DNA of 64,000 nt from an uncultured Clostridia bacterium (GTDB lineage: Bacteria; Bacillota; Clostridia; Oscillospirales; Ruminococcaceae), in contig CANQUJ010000007.1 in assembly GCA_947627005.1 (NCBI GenBank), positions 21,797 through 85,796 on the forward strand, written 5' to 3'. Shown one piece after another: positions 8,932 to 17,895 of this stretch (its first letter is position 1; every line of letters begins with the position of its first letter). The translations under genes and the position numbers were made by a program. Under the pieces are notes generated by a model. The model saw only the letters and a list, made by a program, of their open reading frames with translations. It searched no databases and was not told the DNA's origin.

Positions 8932-9609
8932 ATGGCAGACATTTTAACGGCGAAGAACATCACGCGGGATTTTGTCATCGGCGACGGCAGCGTAGTCAAG
9001 GCCCTGCGCGGGGTGGACATAAACGTAGCCGAGGGCAAGCTTACGATACTTAAAGGGCGATCGGGCTCGGGCAAGACGACTTTGATAAACATTTTGGGCG
9101 CTCTTGACCGGCCGACCTCGGGCGAGGTTATCTTCGACGGAGAAGACATTACGAAGCTTTCGGACCGCAAGCGCGACGAGCTTCGGCGGTATCAGATGGC
9201 GTTTGTTTTTCAAAGCGTAGCGCTGATGAGTTCGATGACGGCGTATGAGAACGTCGATTTCGGGCTTAGGCTGGCGGGGGTCCCGGCAGACAAGCGAAAA
9301 GAGCGGGTCACGAAATGTCTCGAAGAAGTTGGTTTGGCGAAGAGAATCAACCACCGCCCGGGCGAGCTTTCGGGAGGAGAGCAGCAAAGGGTCGCGATAG
9401 CGAGGGCTTTGGCTCACGAGCCGAAGATAATCTTTGCGGACGAACCCACCGCCGAGCTTGATTCGGGAACGAGCCATCATATAGTCGAGCTTTTCAAAAA
9501 GCTCGTATTAGACGAGCAGATGACGATAGTTATGACGACGCACGACGTAAGCCTTCTTGAGATTGCGGACAGGGTTTACACTCTTGAGGACGGTGAGATC
9601 GTTGAATAA
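8932..9609 (+). CDS. ABC transporter ATP-binding protein, MacB/LolD/FtsE type (NBD 1)
   Basis: 225 aa. Motifs present: Walker A GRSGSGKTT, signature LSGGEQQR, Walker B IIFADEPTAELD and H-loop TTHD. Confidence 0.9.
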   Translation: MADILTAKNITRDFVIGDGSVVKALRGVDINVAEGKLTILKGRSGSGKTTLINILGALDRPTSGEVIFDGEDITKLSDRKRDELRRYQMAFVFQSVALMSSMTAYENVDFGLRLAGVPADKRKERVTKCLEEVGLAKRINHRPGELSGGEQQRVAIARALAHEPKIIFADEPTAELDSGTSHHIVELFKKLVLDEQMTIVMTTHDVSLLEIADRVYTLEDGEIVE

Positions 9610-10576
9610 AAAGAAAAAAGCGAAGCTTGAGCACGAAAAAGAGCTTATCGCCGAAAGCGAATACGCGATTGAGTGCGAAAACCTCGTTAAGATATATAAG
9701 ACCGACCAAATCGAGGTCGTGGCGCTTCAGGGGCTTGATTTGCAGGTAAAAAAAGGCGAGCTTGTCGCGATAGTCGGGACTTCGGGAAGCGGAAAATCTA
9801 CGCTTTTGAATATGCTTGGCGGGCTTGATAAGCCCTCTGCCGGAAGCCTTATAGTAAACGGCCGGAACCTTTTGAAGTTTACCGAAGAAGACTATATGAT
9901 CTATAAGCGCAACACCGTCGGGTTCGTATGGCAGAACAACGCGAGAAACCTCGTCCCTTATCTTACGGCGGTGCAGAACGTAGAGCTTCCGATGCTTTTA
10001 CAGGGCAGGAAAGAGCGGCGGCAGAAGGCGCTCGAACTTTTAGAGGCTGTCGGGCTTTCACACAGGATAAACTCGAGGCTCGACCAAATGTCGGGCGGCG
10101 AACAGCAAAGAGCGGCGATAGCTATCTCTCTTGCGAACGACCCGGCAATACTTCTGGCCGACGAGCCGACCGGATCGGTAGACACGAAGACATCGGACCA
10201 GTTATTGCAGGTCTTCAAAGACATCAACAAAAACCGGGGCGTGACCGTTGTTATAGTAACCCACGATCTTCGCCTTGCGAAACAGATAGACCGCGTAGTT
10301 TCCATTCGCGACGGAAGGACCTCGAGCGAGATCATTAAAAAGACTCACGCCGAGATCATGAGGGAATCGAAGGGATGGGACGAAGCGGAAGGAGCCGAAG
10401 CGGCCGAAGAGCAGCAGCCGGAAGAGATTTCGGAAGAGCTGGTGGTTTTGGACAGAACCGGGCGGCTGCAGATCCCGAAGGAATACCTTGAGGCGCTCGA
10501 TATCAAGGGCGGCTCGAAGGTCAAGGCGGACCTTGACGCCGAGAACGAGAGGATCTACATTCACAAGGCTCAATAA
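9602..10576 (+). CDS. ABC transporter ATP-binding protein, MacB type (NBD 2), with an acidic linker and a C-terminal AbrB/SpoVT-like tail
   Basis: Motifs present: Walker A GTSGSGKST, signature MSGGEQQR, Walker B ILLADEPTGSVD and H-loop VTHD. The tail reads LVVLDRTGRLQIPKEYLEALDIKGGSKVKADLDAENERIYI. The start is uncertain: candidates in frame are TTG 9602, GTG 9593 and TTG 9557, with no ATG nearby. The gene overlaps the upstream stop. Confidence 0.85.
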   Translation: MNKKKKAKLEHEKELIAESEYAIECENLVKIYKTDQIEVVALQGLDLQVKKGELVAIVGTSGSGKSTLLNMLGGLDKPSAGSLIVNGRNLLKFTEEDYMIYKRNTVGFVWQNNARNLVPYLTAVQNVELPMLLQGRKERRQKALELLEAVGLSHRINSRLDQMSGGEQQRAAIAISLANDPAILLADEPTGSVDTKTSDQLLQVFKDINKNRGVTVVIVTHDLRLAKQIDRVVSIRDGRTSSEIIKKTHAEIMRESKGWDEAEGAEAAEEQQPEEISEELVVLDRTGRLQIPKEYLEALDIKGGSKVKADLDAENERIYIHKAQ

Positions 10577-10641
10577 TCATCTTTATAACCCTAACGGAGA
10601 AAATATATCGTATTCAAAATATAACGAAAGGTGGATTCACT

Positions 10642-13566
10642 GTGAAAGACAAAATGTTCAGGCGTCTGTTTTCGCTTGTCATAGCATTAGTGATGACGGT
10701 GCCGACATTGGCTGTTGTTTACGCAGACGGCAATACCGAAGAAGCCGCGGAGACCGCGAAGGTAACCTCCGCGCAGTCGCTTGCCGACGAAAACAGGGCC
10801 CGCACCTACGGAACATACCATGACGCTCACGAAAGCGACCCGAGACCGAACGAAGAAGTCGTTATCAACGGAACCGACTACGTTGAGGCTTCGGAAGAGA
10901 CCGGGGCTTACGTCGACACGATCGACGGCAAGACCGCGCTTGTATGGCCGAACGCCTCGGGAAGCGTTTCCTTCGACGTCGAGATCCCCGCGACCGGAGT
11001 GTATTCGCTCATGCTCGATTATTATGCCCTCGCAAGCTCTGCGAGCAACATTCAGTTCGGCATTATGATCGATGGAGAGTACCCGTTCGACACCGCGGAG
11101 AGAGGAGTCGAGCTTTCTAAGGTTTGGGTCAGCGCCGAAAAATCGCTTGCGGTTGCCGAAGACGGAACCGTCGGATTCAGAGTCGACAGCCACGGCAACC
11201 AGATCAGACCTACCCTCGAAGAATCTCTTAGATGGCAGACCGCTTATATCAAAGACAGCGACGGCCTGTTTAACGGCCCTCTCGGGTTCTACTTTACCGC
11301 CGGGGCGCACAGGATCACCCTCGTATCCGAAAAGGCGAGGTTCGCCATCGAAAAGATCACTTTAAACAACCCCGAAGATATCCCTGCGCTTTCGCAGGTA
11401 TCTAACGCCGTCACTACCGACGAATCCAAGGCGGCGCAGACCACCGACGTCTTCATAACCCTTGAAGGCGAGATGCTTTCGAGCGCTTCGGACATCACCC
11501 TTTACCCCACCTACGACCGCTCTACATATCTGACTTCTCCCGTCGGGACCGACCCCTCGAAGATGTCTTACAACACTCTCGGAAAAGAGAACTGGAAGAC
11601 TTCGGGGCAGTATGTTTCGTGGGACTTTGACATGGAAAAGGCCGGCTGGGTAAAGATAGGCATCCGCGCCAAGCAGGACCAGATGAGAGGTCTGTATTCT
11701 AACAGAACCCTTTATATCGACGGCAAGGTGCCCTGCAAAGAGGCCGAGCAGATCAAGTTCTTCTACTCGACCACCTGGAAGTGCGTCACCCCGACCGACG
11801 CCGACGGCAACACCCTTTACTTCTATCTTGAAGCCGGAAAGCACACCTTGACCCTTGAGGCCATGCCCGGCGAGATAGGCGACATTATGCGCCGCCTCGA
11901 CGACGTTGTATACTACCTTAACAGCTACTATCGCCAGATCCTTCAGATCACCGGCCCTTCGCCCGACGAATACAACACCTATATGATCCAGAACCAGATT
12001 CCGGGCATAATCGACGACTTCAAGCTTTATGCGCAGCAGCTTAGAGATATCAAGAACGAAGTCGAGACCCTTGCCGGAACCGCCGGAACCGAGGCCGTAT
12101 CGCTTGAAACCATGGCGAAATTGCTCGACAGGCTTATCAAGCGGCCGGACGATATTCCGACCTGCCTCGGCCAGATCAAGGACAATATTTCTTCGCTTTC
12201 GCAGTGGATGGCAGACTATCGCGGCCAGGCCCTTGAAGTGGACGTTATAGAAATAGCCTCTTCGGATAAGGACTTCAGCCCGATCAAAGAAAACTTCTTG
12301 AAGCAGCTGAAATTCAATTTCCAGACCTTTATCGGCTCGTTCTTTGAAGACTACGACGTTCTTTCGGACGACAACAAGGCCGCCCTTAACGTTTGGGTAT
12401 CCCTCGGACGCGACCAGGCCCAGATAGTCAAAGAGCTCGTTGACTCTTACTTCGTACCCGACACCGGTATCCCGGTAAACATCAACCTTGTTCAGGGCGG
12501 TATCCTCGAATCCACCCTTGCGGGCAAGGGGCCGGACGTTGTCCTCTTCGTCGGGGGCGACCTGCCGATCCAGCTTGCGGCGAGAGACTGCCTTGTTGAT
12601 ATCTCTCAATTCCCCGACTACGACGAAGTAATTAAACGCTTCGCGCCCAACGTTATGACCTTGTACAAATATCAGGGCGGCGCCTACGGCCTGCCGATCG
12701 AGCAAAACTTCTCGATGATGTTTGCAAGGACCGACGTTTTGAACTCCTTCGGATTCGAGAAGGGGCCCGAGAACTGGACCGAGCTCGTAGATATGCTTCC
12801 TACCCTTCAAAGAAGCTATATGGGCGTAGGATTCAACTTCGACGCTTACGGAACATTTATGGTCCAGCGCGGATTGAGCTATTACAACCAAAACAAGACC
12901 AAGACGGTATTCGATACCCAGCCCGCCGTCGAGGCGTTTGAGATGTGGACCAAGTTCTATACCACATACAGCTTCGAGCAGACCTTTGACCAGTTCACCA
13001 GATTCCGCACCGGCGAATATCCGATAGTCATCACCGGCTATACCTTCTATAACCAGCTTTATATGGCCGCGCCCGAAATTCGCGGACTTTGGGAATTCGA
13101 GCTTATCCCCGGAACGGTCAGCGAAAACGGAACCGTCAACCACGCGACCACCTCTTCCTCTACCGGCGCGATAATCTTCTCTAAACTCAATCAAGAGCAG
13201 AGAGAGAACGCCTGGGAGCTTATCAAGTGGTTCACCAGCGCAGAGATTCAGTCGCAATACGGCCGCTCGATAGAAGCGCTTTTGGGCCCGATGGGACGAT
13301 TCGACACCGCCAACTACGAAGCCCTTGAGCAGCTGGCATGGAGCCAGAACGAGCTCGACCTTATCCGCGAGCAGATGATGGACACCGTCGATATAGACAT
13401 TATCCCCGCGACCTACATCGTTACGAGAAACATCACCAACGCATTCAGAGAGACTGTAAACCTTAACACCAACCCGCGCGACACTCTGATTTGGTACAAC
13501 AAGGATATAAACGACGAAATCATCAGAAAATACGAGGAACTCGGCATCGAAGTTCCCAAGGATTAA
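10642..13566 (+). CDS. Giant extracellular solute-binding protein: signal peptide, two CBM-like beta-sandwich modules, a helical spacer and a family-1 sugar SBP domain
   Basis: 974 aa with a GTG start 7 nt after GAAAGGTGG. The N-terminal modules have similar layouts (…GVYSLMLDYYA…HRITLVSE… and …GWVKIGIRAK…HTLTLEAM…). The C-terminal ~430 aa look like a CUT1-type binding protein. Confidence 0.75.
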   Translation: MKDKMFRRLFSLVIALVMTVPTLAVVYADGNTEEAAETAKVTSAQSLADENRARTYGTYHDAHESDPRPNEEVVINGTDYVEASEETGAYVDTIDGKTALVWPNASGSVSFDVEIPATGVYSLMLDYYALASSASNIQFGIMIDGEYPFDTAERGVELSKVWVSAEKSLAVAEDGTVGFRVDSHGNQIRPTLEESLRWQTAYIKDSDGLFNGPLGFYFTAGAHRITLVSEKARFAIEKITLNNPEDIPALSQVSNAVTTDESKAAQTTDVFITLEGEMLSSASDITLYPTYDRSTYLTSPVGTDPSKMSYNTLGKENWKTSGQYVSWDFDMEKAGWVKIGIRAKQDQMRGLYSNRTLYIDGKVPCKEAEQIKFFYSTTWKCVTPTDADGNTLYFYLEAGKHTLTLEAMPGEIGDIMRRLDDVVYYLNSYYRQILQITGPSPDEYNTYMIQNQIPGIIDDFKLYAQQLRDIKNEVETLAGTAGTEAVSLETMAKLLDRLIKRPDDIPTCLGQIKDNISSLSQWMADYRGQALEVDVIEIASSDKDFSPIKENFLKQLKFNFQTFIGSFFEDYDVLSDDNKAALNVWVSLGRDQAQIVKELVDSYFVPDTGIPVNINLVQGGILESTLAGKGPDVVLFVGGDLPIQLAARDCLVDISQFPDYDEVIKRFAPNVMTLYKYQGGAYGLPIEQNFSMMFARTDVLNSFGFEKGPENWTELVDMLPTLQRSYMGVGFNFDAYGTFMVQRGLSYYNQNKTKTVFDTQPAVEAFEMWTKFYTTYSFEQTFDQFTRFRTGEYPIVITGYTFYNQLYMAAPEIRGLWEFELIPGTVSENGTVNHATTSSSTGAIIFSKLNQEQRENAWELIKWFTSAEIQSQYGRSIEALLGPMGRFDTANYEALEQLAWSQNELDLIREQMMDTVDIDIIPATYIVTRNITNAFRETVNLNTNPRDTLIWYNKDINDEIIRKYEELGIEVPKD

Positions 13567-13582
13567 GGAGGGAGGAATTAAA

Positions 13583-14530
13583 ATGGCAAAGGCTAAGGAA
13601 CAAACCGCCGTTAAGCCGATCAACACCGAAAGCAAAGGGGCGTATACCTGGCATCTCATTAAACAGAACAAAGCCTGCTATCTGATGATGCTCCCGTTCT
13701 TCGCTCTCTTCACATTCTTCACGGTTATCCCCGTCGTTATGTCGCTTCCTTTGGGACTTACGAGCTTCAACCTCGTCCAATTCCCGAGATATATCGGTTT
13801 AACAAACTTCTATTCTCTGTTCGTAAACGACGACGTATTTCTTATCGCGATCAAAAACACCCTTATCTTCGCGATATTCACCGGCCCGTTCTCGTACGTT
13901 TTAAGCTTTATCCTCGCTTGGCTTATAAACGAAATGAACCCGGTACTAAAGGTCGTATTCACCTTTATCTTCTACGCTCCGTCGATGACCCCTTCGGCAT
14001 ACGTTATCTGGCAGCTCGTCTTCTCGGGCGACTCTTACGGATACCTCAACTCGGTTCTTATGGACCTCGGCATCATCAACTCGGCGAAACAATGGCTTAC
14101 CGACGTTACATATATGATGACGGTAGTTATTATAGTCCAGCTGTGGATGTCGATGGGCGCGGGCTTCCTTGCGCTTAGAGCGGGATTCCAAGGGATCGAC
14201 ACCGCGCTTTACGAAGCGGGCGCCATCGAAGGCATCCAGAACCGCTTCCAAGAGCTGTTTACAATAACCATCCCGGCGATGGGCCCTTCGCTTCTGTTCG
14301 CCGCCGTTCTCGCGATCTCCGGCGCGTTCACCGTCGGAACGGTAGGGCAGAACCTCTGCGGCCTGCCGTCGACCGGCTACGCGGTGCATACCGTTATGAA
14401 CCACGCGACCGACTACGGCTCGATAAGATATGAAATGGGCTACGCCTCGGCAATATGCTTCGTGCTCTTCGTTGTAATGATCGTAACGAATCAGGTCATC
14501 AGAAAAGTGCTTAGCAAATATTCGGATTAA
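13583..14530 (+). CDS. Sugar ABC transporter permease, MalF/LplB type
   Basis: 315 aa and 6 TM. The EAA-loop region reads ALYEAGAIEGIQNRFQELFTITIP. Confidence 0.9.
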   Translation: MAKAKEQTAVKPINTESKGAYTWHLIKQNKACYLMMLPFFALFTFFTVIPVVMSLPLGLTSFNLVQFPRYIGLTNFYSLFVNDDVFLIAIKNTLIFAIFTGPFSYVLSFILAWLINEMNPVLKVVFTFIFYAPSMTPSAYVIWQLVFSGDSYGYLNSVLMDLGIINSAKQWLTDVTYMMTVVIIVQLWMSMGAGFLALRAGFQGIDTALYEAGAIEGIQNRFQELFTITIPAMGPSLLFAAVLAISGAFTVGTVGQNLCGLPSTGYAVHTVMNHATDYGSIRYEMGYASAICFVLFVVMIVTNQVIRKVLSKYSD

Positions 14531-14545
14531 AGGAGGGGAATATAA

Positions 14546-15520
14546 ATGGCTGAAACCGCTGTAAAGAATCCCGTTATGGATTCGCTCGAAGCCGAGAACG
14601 CGAAGGCGCTTAAAAAGCTCAGAAAACGCCAGAAGAGAAAAGGCGACATTGAAAAAGCGCGAGTAAAAAAGTCCAAGGGCAAGCATATAAACGGCTCGCT
14701 CGCCGGCGATATCGCGATATTCATTCTTCTCTGCCTTTTGGGAATTTTCATGGTCTTCCCGCTGTACTACTCTATCGTTCAGTCGCTGAAGCCTATAAGC
14801 GAGCTCTTCGTATTCCCGCCTAAGCTTTATGTATTGCAGCCCACGGGCGAAAACTTCTCGAACCTCTTTAAAGTAGCGGGGAACCTTTGGGTCCCGTTCT
14901 CGAGATACGTTTTCAACTCCGTATTCGTAACGGTCGTCATCACTATAATGCACGTTTTTGTGGTTTGCTGCTGCGCGTACTGCCTTTCAAAGTGCCGCTT
15001 CCCCGGATACAACTTCTTAAACCAGCTTATAGTTATCTCGATGCTGTTCACCTCTACCGCAACGTGGATCATGCAGTTCGTCATTATGGCTAAGATGGGC
15101 ATGATCAACACCTACTGGGCGCTGATCCTTCCCAACGTAGCGACTTCGATGGGTCTGTACCTTATGAGGCAGAATATGTCGACTATAAACGACGCCGTTA
15201 TCGACGCCGCAAAGGTCGACGGTGCGGGCGCATTCCGCACCTGCTGGCAGGTCGTTATCCCCAACCAAAAGCCCGCCATCGCAACCCTTATAATCTTCGT
15301 GTTCCAAGGCGCATGGAACATTCAGGGCGGCGCTCTGGTTTATAAAGAAGACCTTAAAACCCTGCCCACCATTATGACCCAGCTTGCCGCCTCCGGTATC
15401 GCGAGACAGGGCATCATCTACGCTTCGGCGGTAGTTCTGATGATTCCTCCGCTTGTCATATTCCTCATCGCGCAGAGCAACGTTATGGAAACCATGGCCA
15501 ACTCCGGCATGAAGGATTGA
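14546..15520 (+). CDS. Sugar ABC transporter permease, MalG/LplC type, with a Lys-rich N-terminal extension of about 55 aa
   Basis: 324 aa. The EAA-loop region reads AVIDAAKVDGAGAFRTCWQVVIP. The N-terminus reads MAETAVKNP...KKLRKRQKRKGDIEKARVKKSKGK. Confidence 0.9.
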   Translation: MAETAVKNPVMDSLEAENAKALKKLRKRQKRKGDIEKARVKKSKGKHINGSLAGDIAIFILLCLLGIFMVFPLYYSIVQSLKPISELFVFPPKLYVLQPTGENFSNLFKVAGNLWVPFSRYVFNSVFVTVVITIMHVFVVCCCAYCLSKCRFPGYNFLNQLIVISMLFTSTATWIMQFVIMAKMGMINTYWALILPNVATSMGLYLMRQNMSTINDAVIDAAKVDGAGAFRTCWQVVIPNQKPAIATLIIFVFQGAWNIQGGALVYKEDLKTLPTIMTQLAASGIARQGIIYASAVVLMIPPLVIFLIAQSNVMETMANSGMKD

Positions 15521-15569
15521 TTGGTTTTAGCTTTATGACAGATAAAAATAAACTGAAAGGTGATAAGCG

Positions 15570-17237
15570 GTGATTAAAATGAAAATAAAAAAGCTGTTTT
15601 GTATACCGATCGCCGTTGCGGCCGCGGCCTCTGTAATGATAACTTCGGTCAGCGCGGCAGACCCGTATACAACCTATAACTACGACGCTTGGTGGAACGC
15701 GGTTCCCTCGCAATCGGGCTACGAAGTTATCGACACCGTAGATTCGAGAAGGATCGGGCTTGAAGCTTTGGCAGACCCTTCGAGTGAGTTCTTCATCAGC
15801 GAGACCGAGCCCACCACAATGTCGGATATGAAGGATTTCTTCATCACCGACGACGGCGACATCTACATCTGCGATACCGCCAACAACAGAATCATCAAGA
15901 CGGATATCGACTTTAATCTTCTCGCCTGCTATAAATACTTCCCCGGAAGCACCTCGAAGCATATTATAGTCGACGACCAAGGGAACGAGACGGAAGTCGA
16001 CGCCGACGAGCTTAAATCCCCCTACGGAATATTCGTCGACGAAGACGGGGTTATGTATATCGCGGACAGGGACAATCAGCGCGTTGTAAAATGCGTTGAA
16101 GAGACCAAGACCTCCGCGAGGATACTTACCGAATACTACCGGCCCGAGACCGAGCTTTACGATTCCCAGTCCTTCTATTGCACCAAAGTTACCGTCGACG
16201 CGGCAAAGAACGTATACGTTATCTGCCCGGCGGTAAATAAGGGAGCGATAATGTTCTCCGACTCCGGCTCCTTCGTTGGATACTACGGAACCAACCGAGT
16301 CGAGGTCACGGCCGAGGTCATCAGAAACAAACTGTGGAGAAAGATAGCCTCGGAAGAGCAGATCGCTTCTCTTACCAAGGCGACCCCTGTCGAATACGCC
16401 AACTTCGACATTGACAAGGAAGGGTTCATCTACACCGTAACCGAAGTCGCGAACGTTCAGACCGACGCCGTTAAAAAGCTTAACCCCGCGGGATATAACA
16501 TCCTTGAAAAGACGGCGGACAATAACTCGTTCGGCGACCAGATCTCGATTACATACAACGGAACCACCTACGCCACCCGTTTGACCGACATCGCGATCTC
16601 GGACGACAAGTTTATCAACATTCTCGACTATACCTCGGGAAGGATATTCCAGTATGACGAGCGCTGCAACCAGCTTCTTATATTCGGATTCGACCAGGAA
16701 GAGCAGCGCGGCGGATTCAACAACCCCAACGCGATAGACACTTACGGCGACAAGGTTTACATTCTTGACGGCCGAAACAACGACATTACCGTATTCGGGC
16801 TTACCGAATTCGGAAGATATGTTCACGAGGCCATAGCTCTTCACAACCAGGGCCTTTACGAAGAAGCCTACCAGATCTGGCAAGAGGTTTTAAAACGCGA
16901 CGGCGGCTTCTATATGGCGCTCGTCGGAACCACCAAGGCTCTTTACAATCAAGACAACTATAAAGACGCCATGGAATACGCAAAGCTTTCCTTCTATGCC
17001 AAGGAATACGACAGAGCGTTCGAGGCCAACCGCCAAGAGATGCTTAGAAACAACTTCACCCTTATCGTTTTGATTGTTCTCGCGCTGATAGTCGTTTGGA
17101 TAGTCATAAAGGTACTTAAGAAGAAGGGCAAGATCCCCCAGAAGCTTATCGCAACGGGGGTCGGAAAGATCGCCGACGCCGGCAAGAAGGCCGCCGAAAG
17201 CATTGTTTCAAAAGCAAAGAAAGGGGGCAAAAAATAA
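15570..17237 (+). CDS. Secreted NHL-repeat beta-propeller protein with a TPR-like helical region, a C-terminal TM anchor and a Lys-rich tail
   Basis: 555 aa with a signal peptide. NHL-like blades include GDIYICDTANNRIIK, GVMYIADRDNQRVVK and KVYILDGRNNDITVF. The TM is FTLIVLIVLALIVVWIVI, followed by a KKKGK...KKGGKK tail. Confidence 0.75.
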   Translation: MIKMKIKKLFCIPIAVAAAASVMITSVSAADPYTTYNYDAWWNAVPSQSGYEVIDTVDSRRIGLEALADPSSEFFISETEPTTMSDMKDFFITDDGDIYICDTANNRIIKTDIDFNLLACYKYFPGSTSKHIIVDDQGNETEVDADELKSPYGIFVDEDGVMYIADRDNQRVVKCVEETKTSARILTEYYRPETELYDSQSFYCTKVTVDAAKNVYVICPAVNKGAIMFSDSGSFVGYYGTNRVEVTAEVIRNKLWRKIASEEQIASLTKATPVEYANFDIDKEGFIYTVTEVANVQTDAVKKLNPAGYNILEKTADNNSFGDQISITYNGTTYATRLTDIAISDDKFINILDYTSGRIFQYDERCNQLLIFGFDQEEQRGGFNNPNAIDTYGDKVYILDGRNNDITVFGLTEFGRYVHEAIALHNQGLYEEAYQIWQEVLKRDGGFYMALVGTTKALYNQDNYKDAMEYAKLSFYAKEYDRAFEANRQEMLRNNFTLIVLIVLALIVVWIVIKVLKKKGKIPQKLIATGVGKIADAGKKAAESIVSKAKKGGKK

Positions 17238-17873
17238 ATGCTGTACGACATGAAGCCATGGCAATGGGTCAAGCACGTCATCTTCCACCCGACCGAAGGG
17301 TTTGAAGATATGAGATGGAAAAAGGCGGGCTCGCTTAAAATAGCGTTCTTCATCGTCTTCCTTCTCTTTGCCTCGCAGGTATTCTCTTCAAGATACGGCG
17401 GCTTCGCCTATAATACAAGAGCATACTCCGACGTCTTCAACATAATGCCTATCCTTGTTCAATCGGTTGCATACTACGCGACATGGGTCGTATCAAACTG
17501 GAGTATCTGCACCCTGTTCGACGGCGAAGGAAATATGCGCAGAGTTGCGATATATTCGGCATACGCGCTGGTTCCGTTTATAATCGGAAACTTCCTTTCG
17601 ACCGCTATATCCTATGGGCTTACCCTTGACGAAAGCATTTGGTACACCGCGATATACCAGGTCGGCCTTTGGTGGTCGGTTATACTGATGGTGTTCGGAA
17701 TGAAGGCATGTCATCAATACAACTTTACGATGACAATCGTCAGCATGATCTGCACCGTCGCGGGAATGGTTCTTATACTCGTTCTTCTCGCGCTGGTAAT
17801 GTCGCTGTTCCAGCAGGTATACGTTTTCTTCGCAACCATATACACCGAAATACTCTATCGAGTAAGAAGCTGA
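17238..17873 (+). CDS. Yip1-domain multi-pass membrane protein (YknW-like)
   Basis: 211 aa with 5 predicted TM segments and a Yip1-like layout. Its ATG directly abuts the upstream TAA (17235-17240 TAAATG). Confidence 0.65.
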   Translation: MLYDMKPWQWVKHVIFHPTEGFEDMRWKKAGSLKIAFFIVFLLFASQVFSSRYGGFAYNTRAYSDVFNIMPILVQSVAYYATWVVSNWSICTLFDGEGNMRRVAIYSAYALVPFIIGNFLSTAISYGLTLDESIWYTAIYQVGLWWSVILMVFGMKACHQYNFTMTIVSMICTVAGMVLILVLLALVMSLFQQVYVFFATIYTEILYRVRS

Positions 17874-17895
17874 CAAGGCAGAAAGTGAGTAAAAC

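Noticed and set aside
11362-13671. 769-aa minus-strand ORF antisense to the giant SBP gene
   Set aside because: It has no recognisable domain or SD and spans the SBP/permease junction. The plus-strand products have clear family motifs. The same reasoning applies to 15483-16883, 17493-18305, 26725-27870, 38536-39732, 45505-46104 and 49335-49949.
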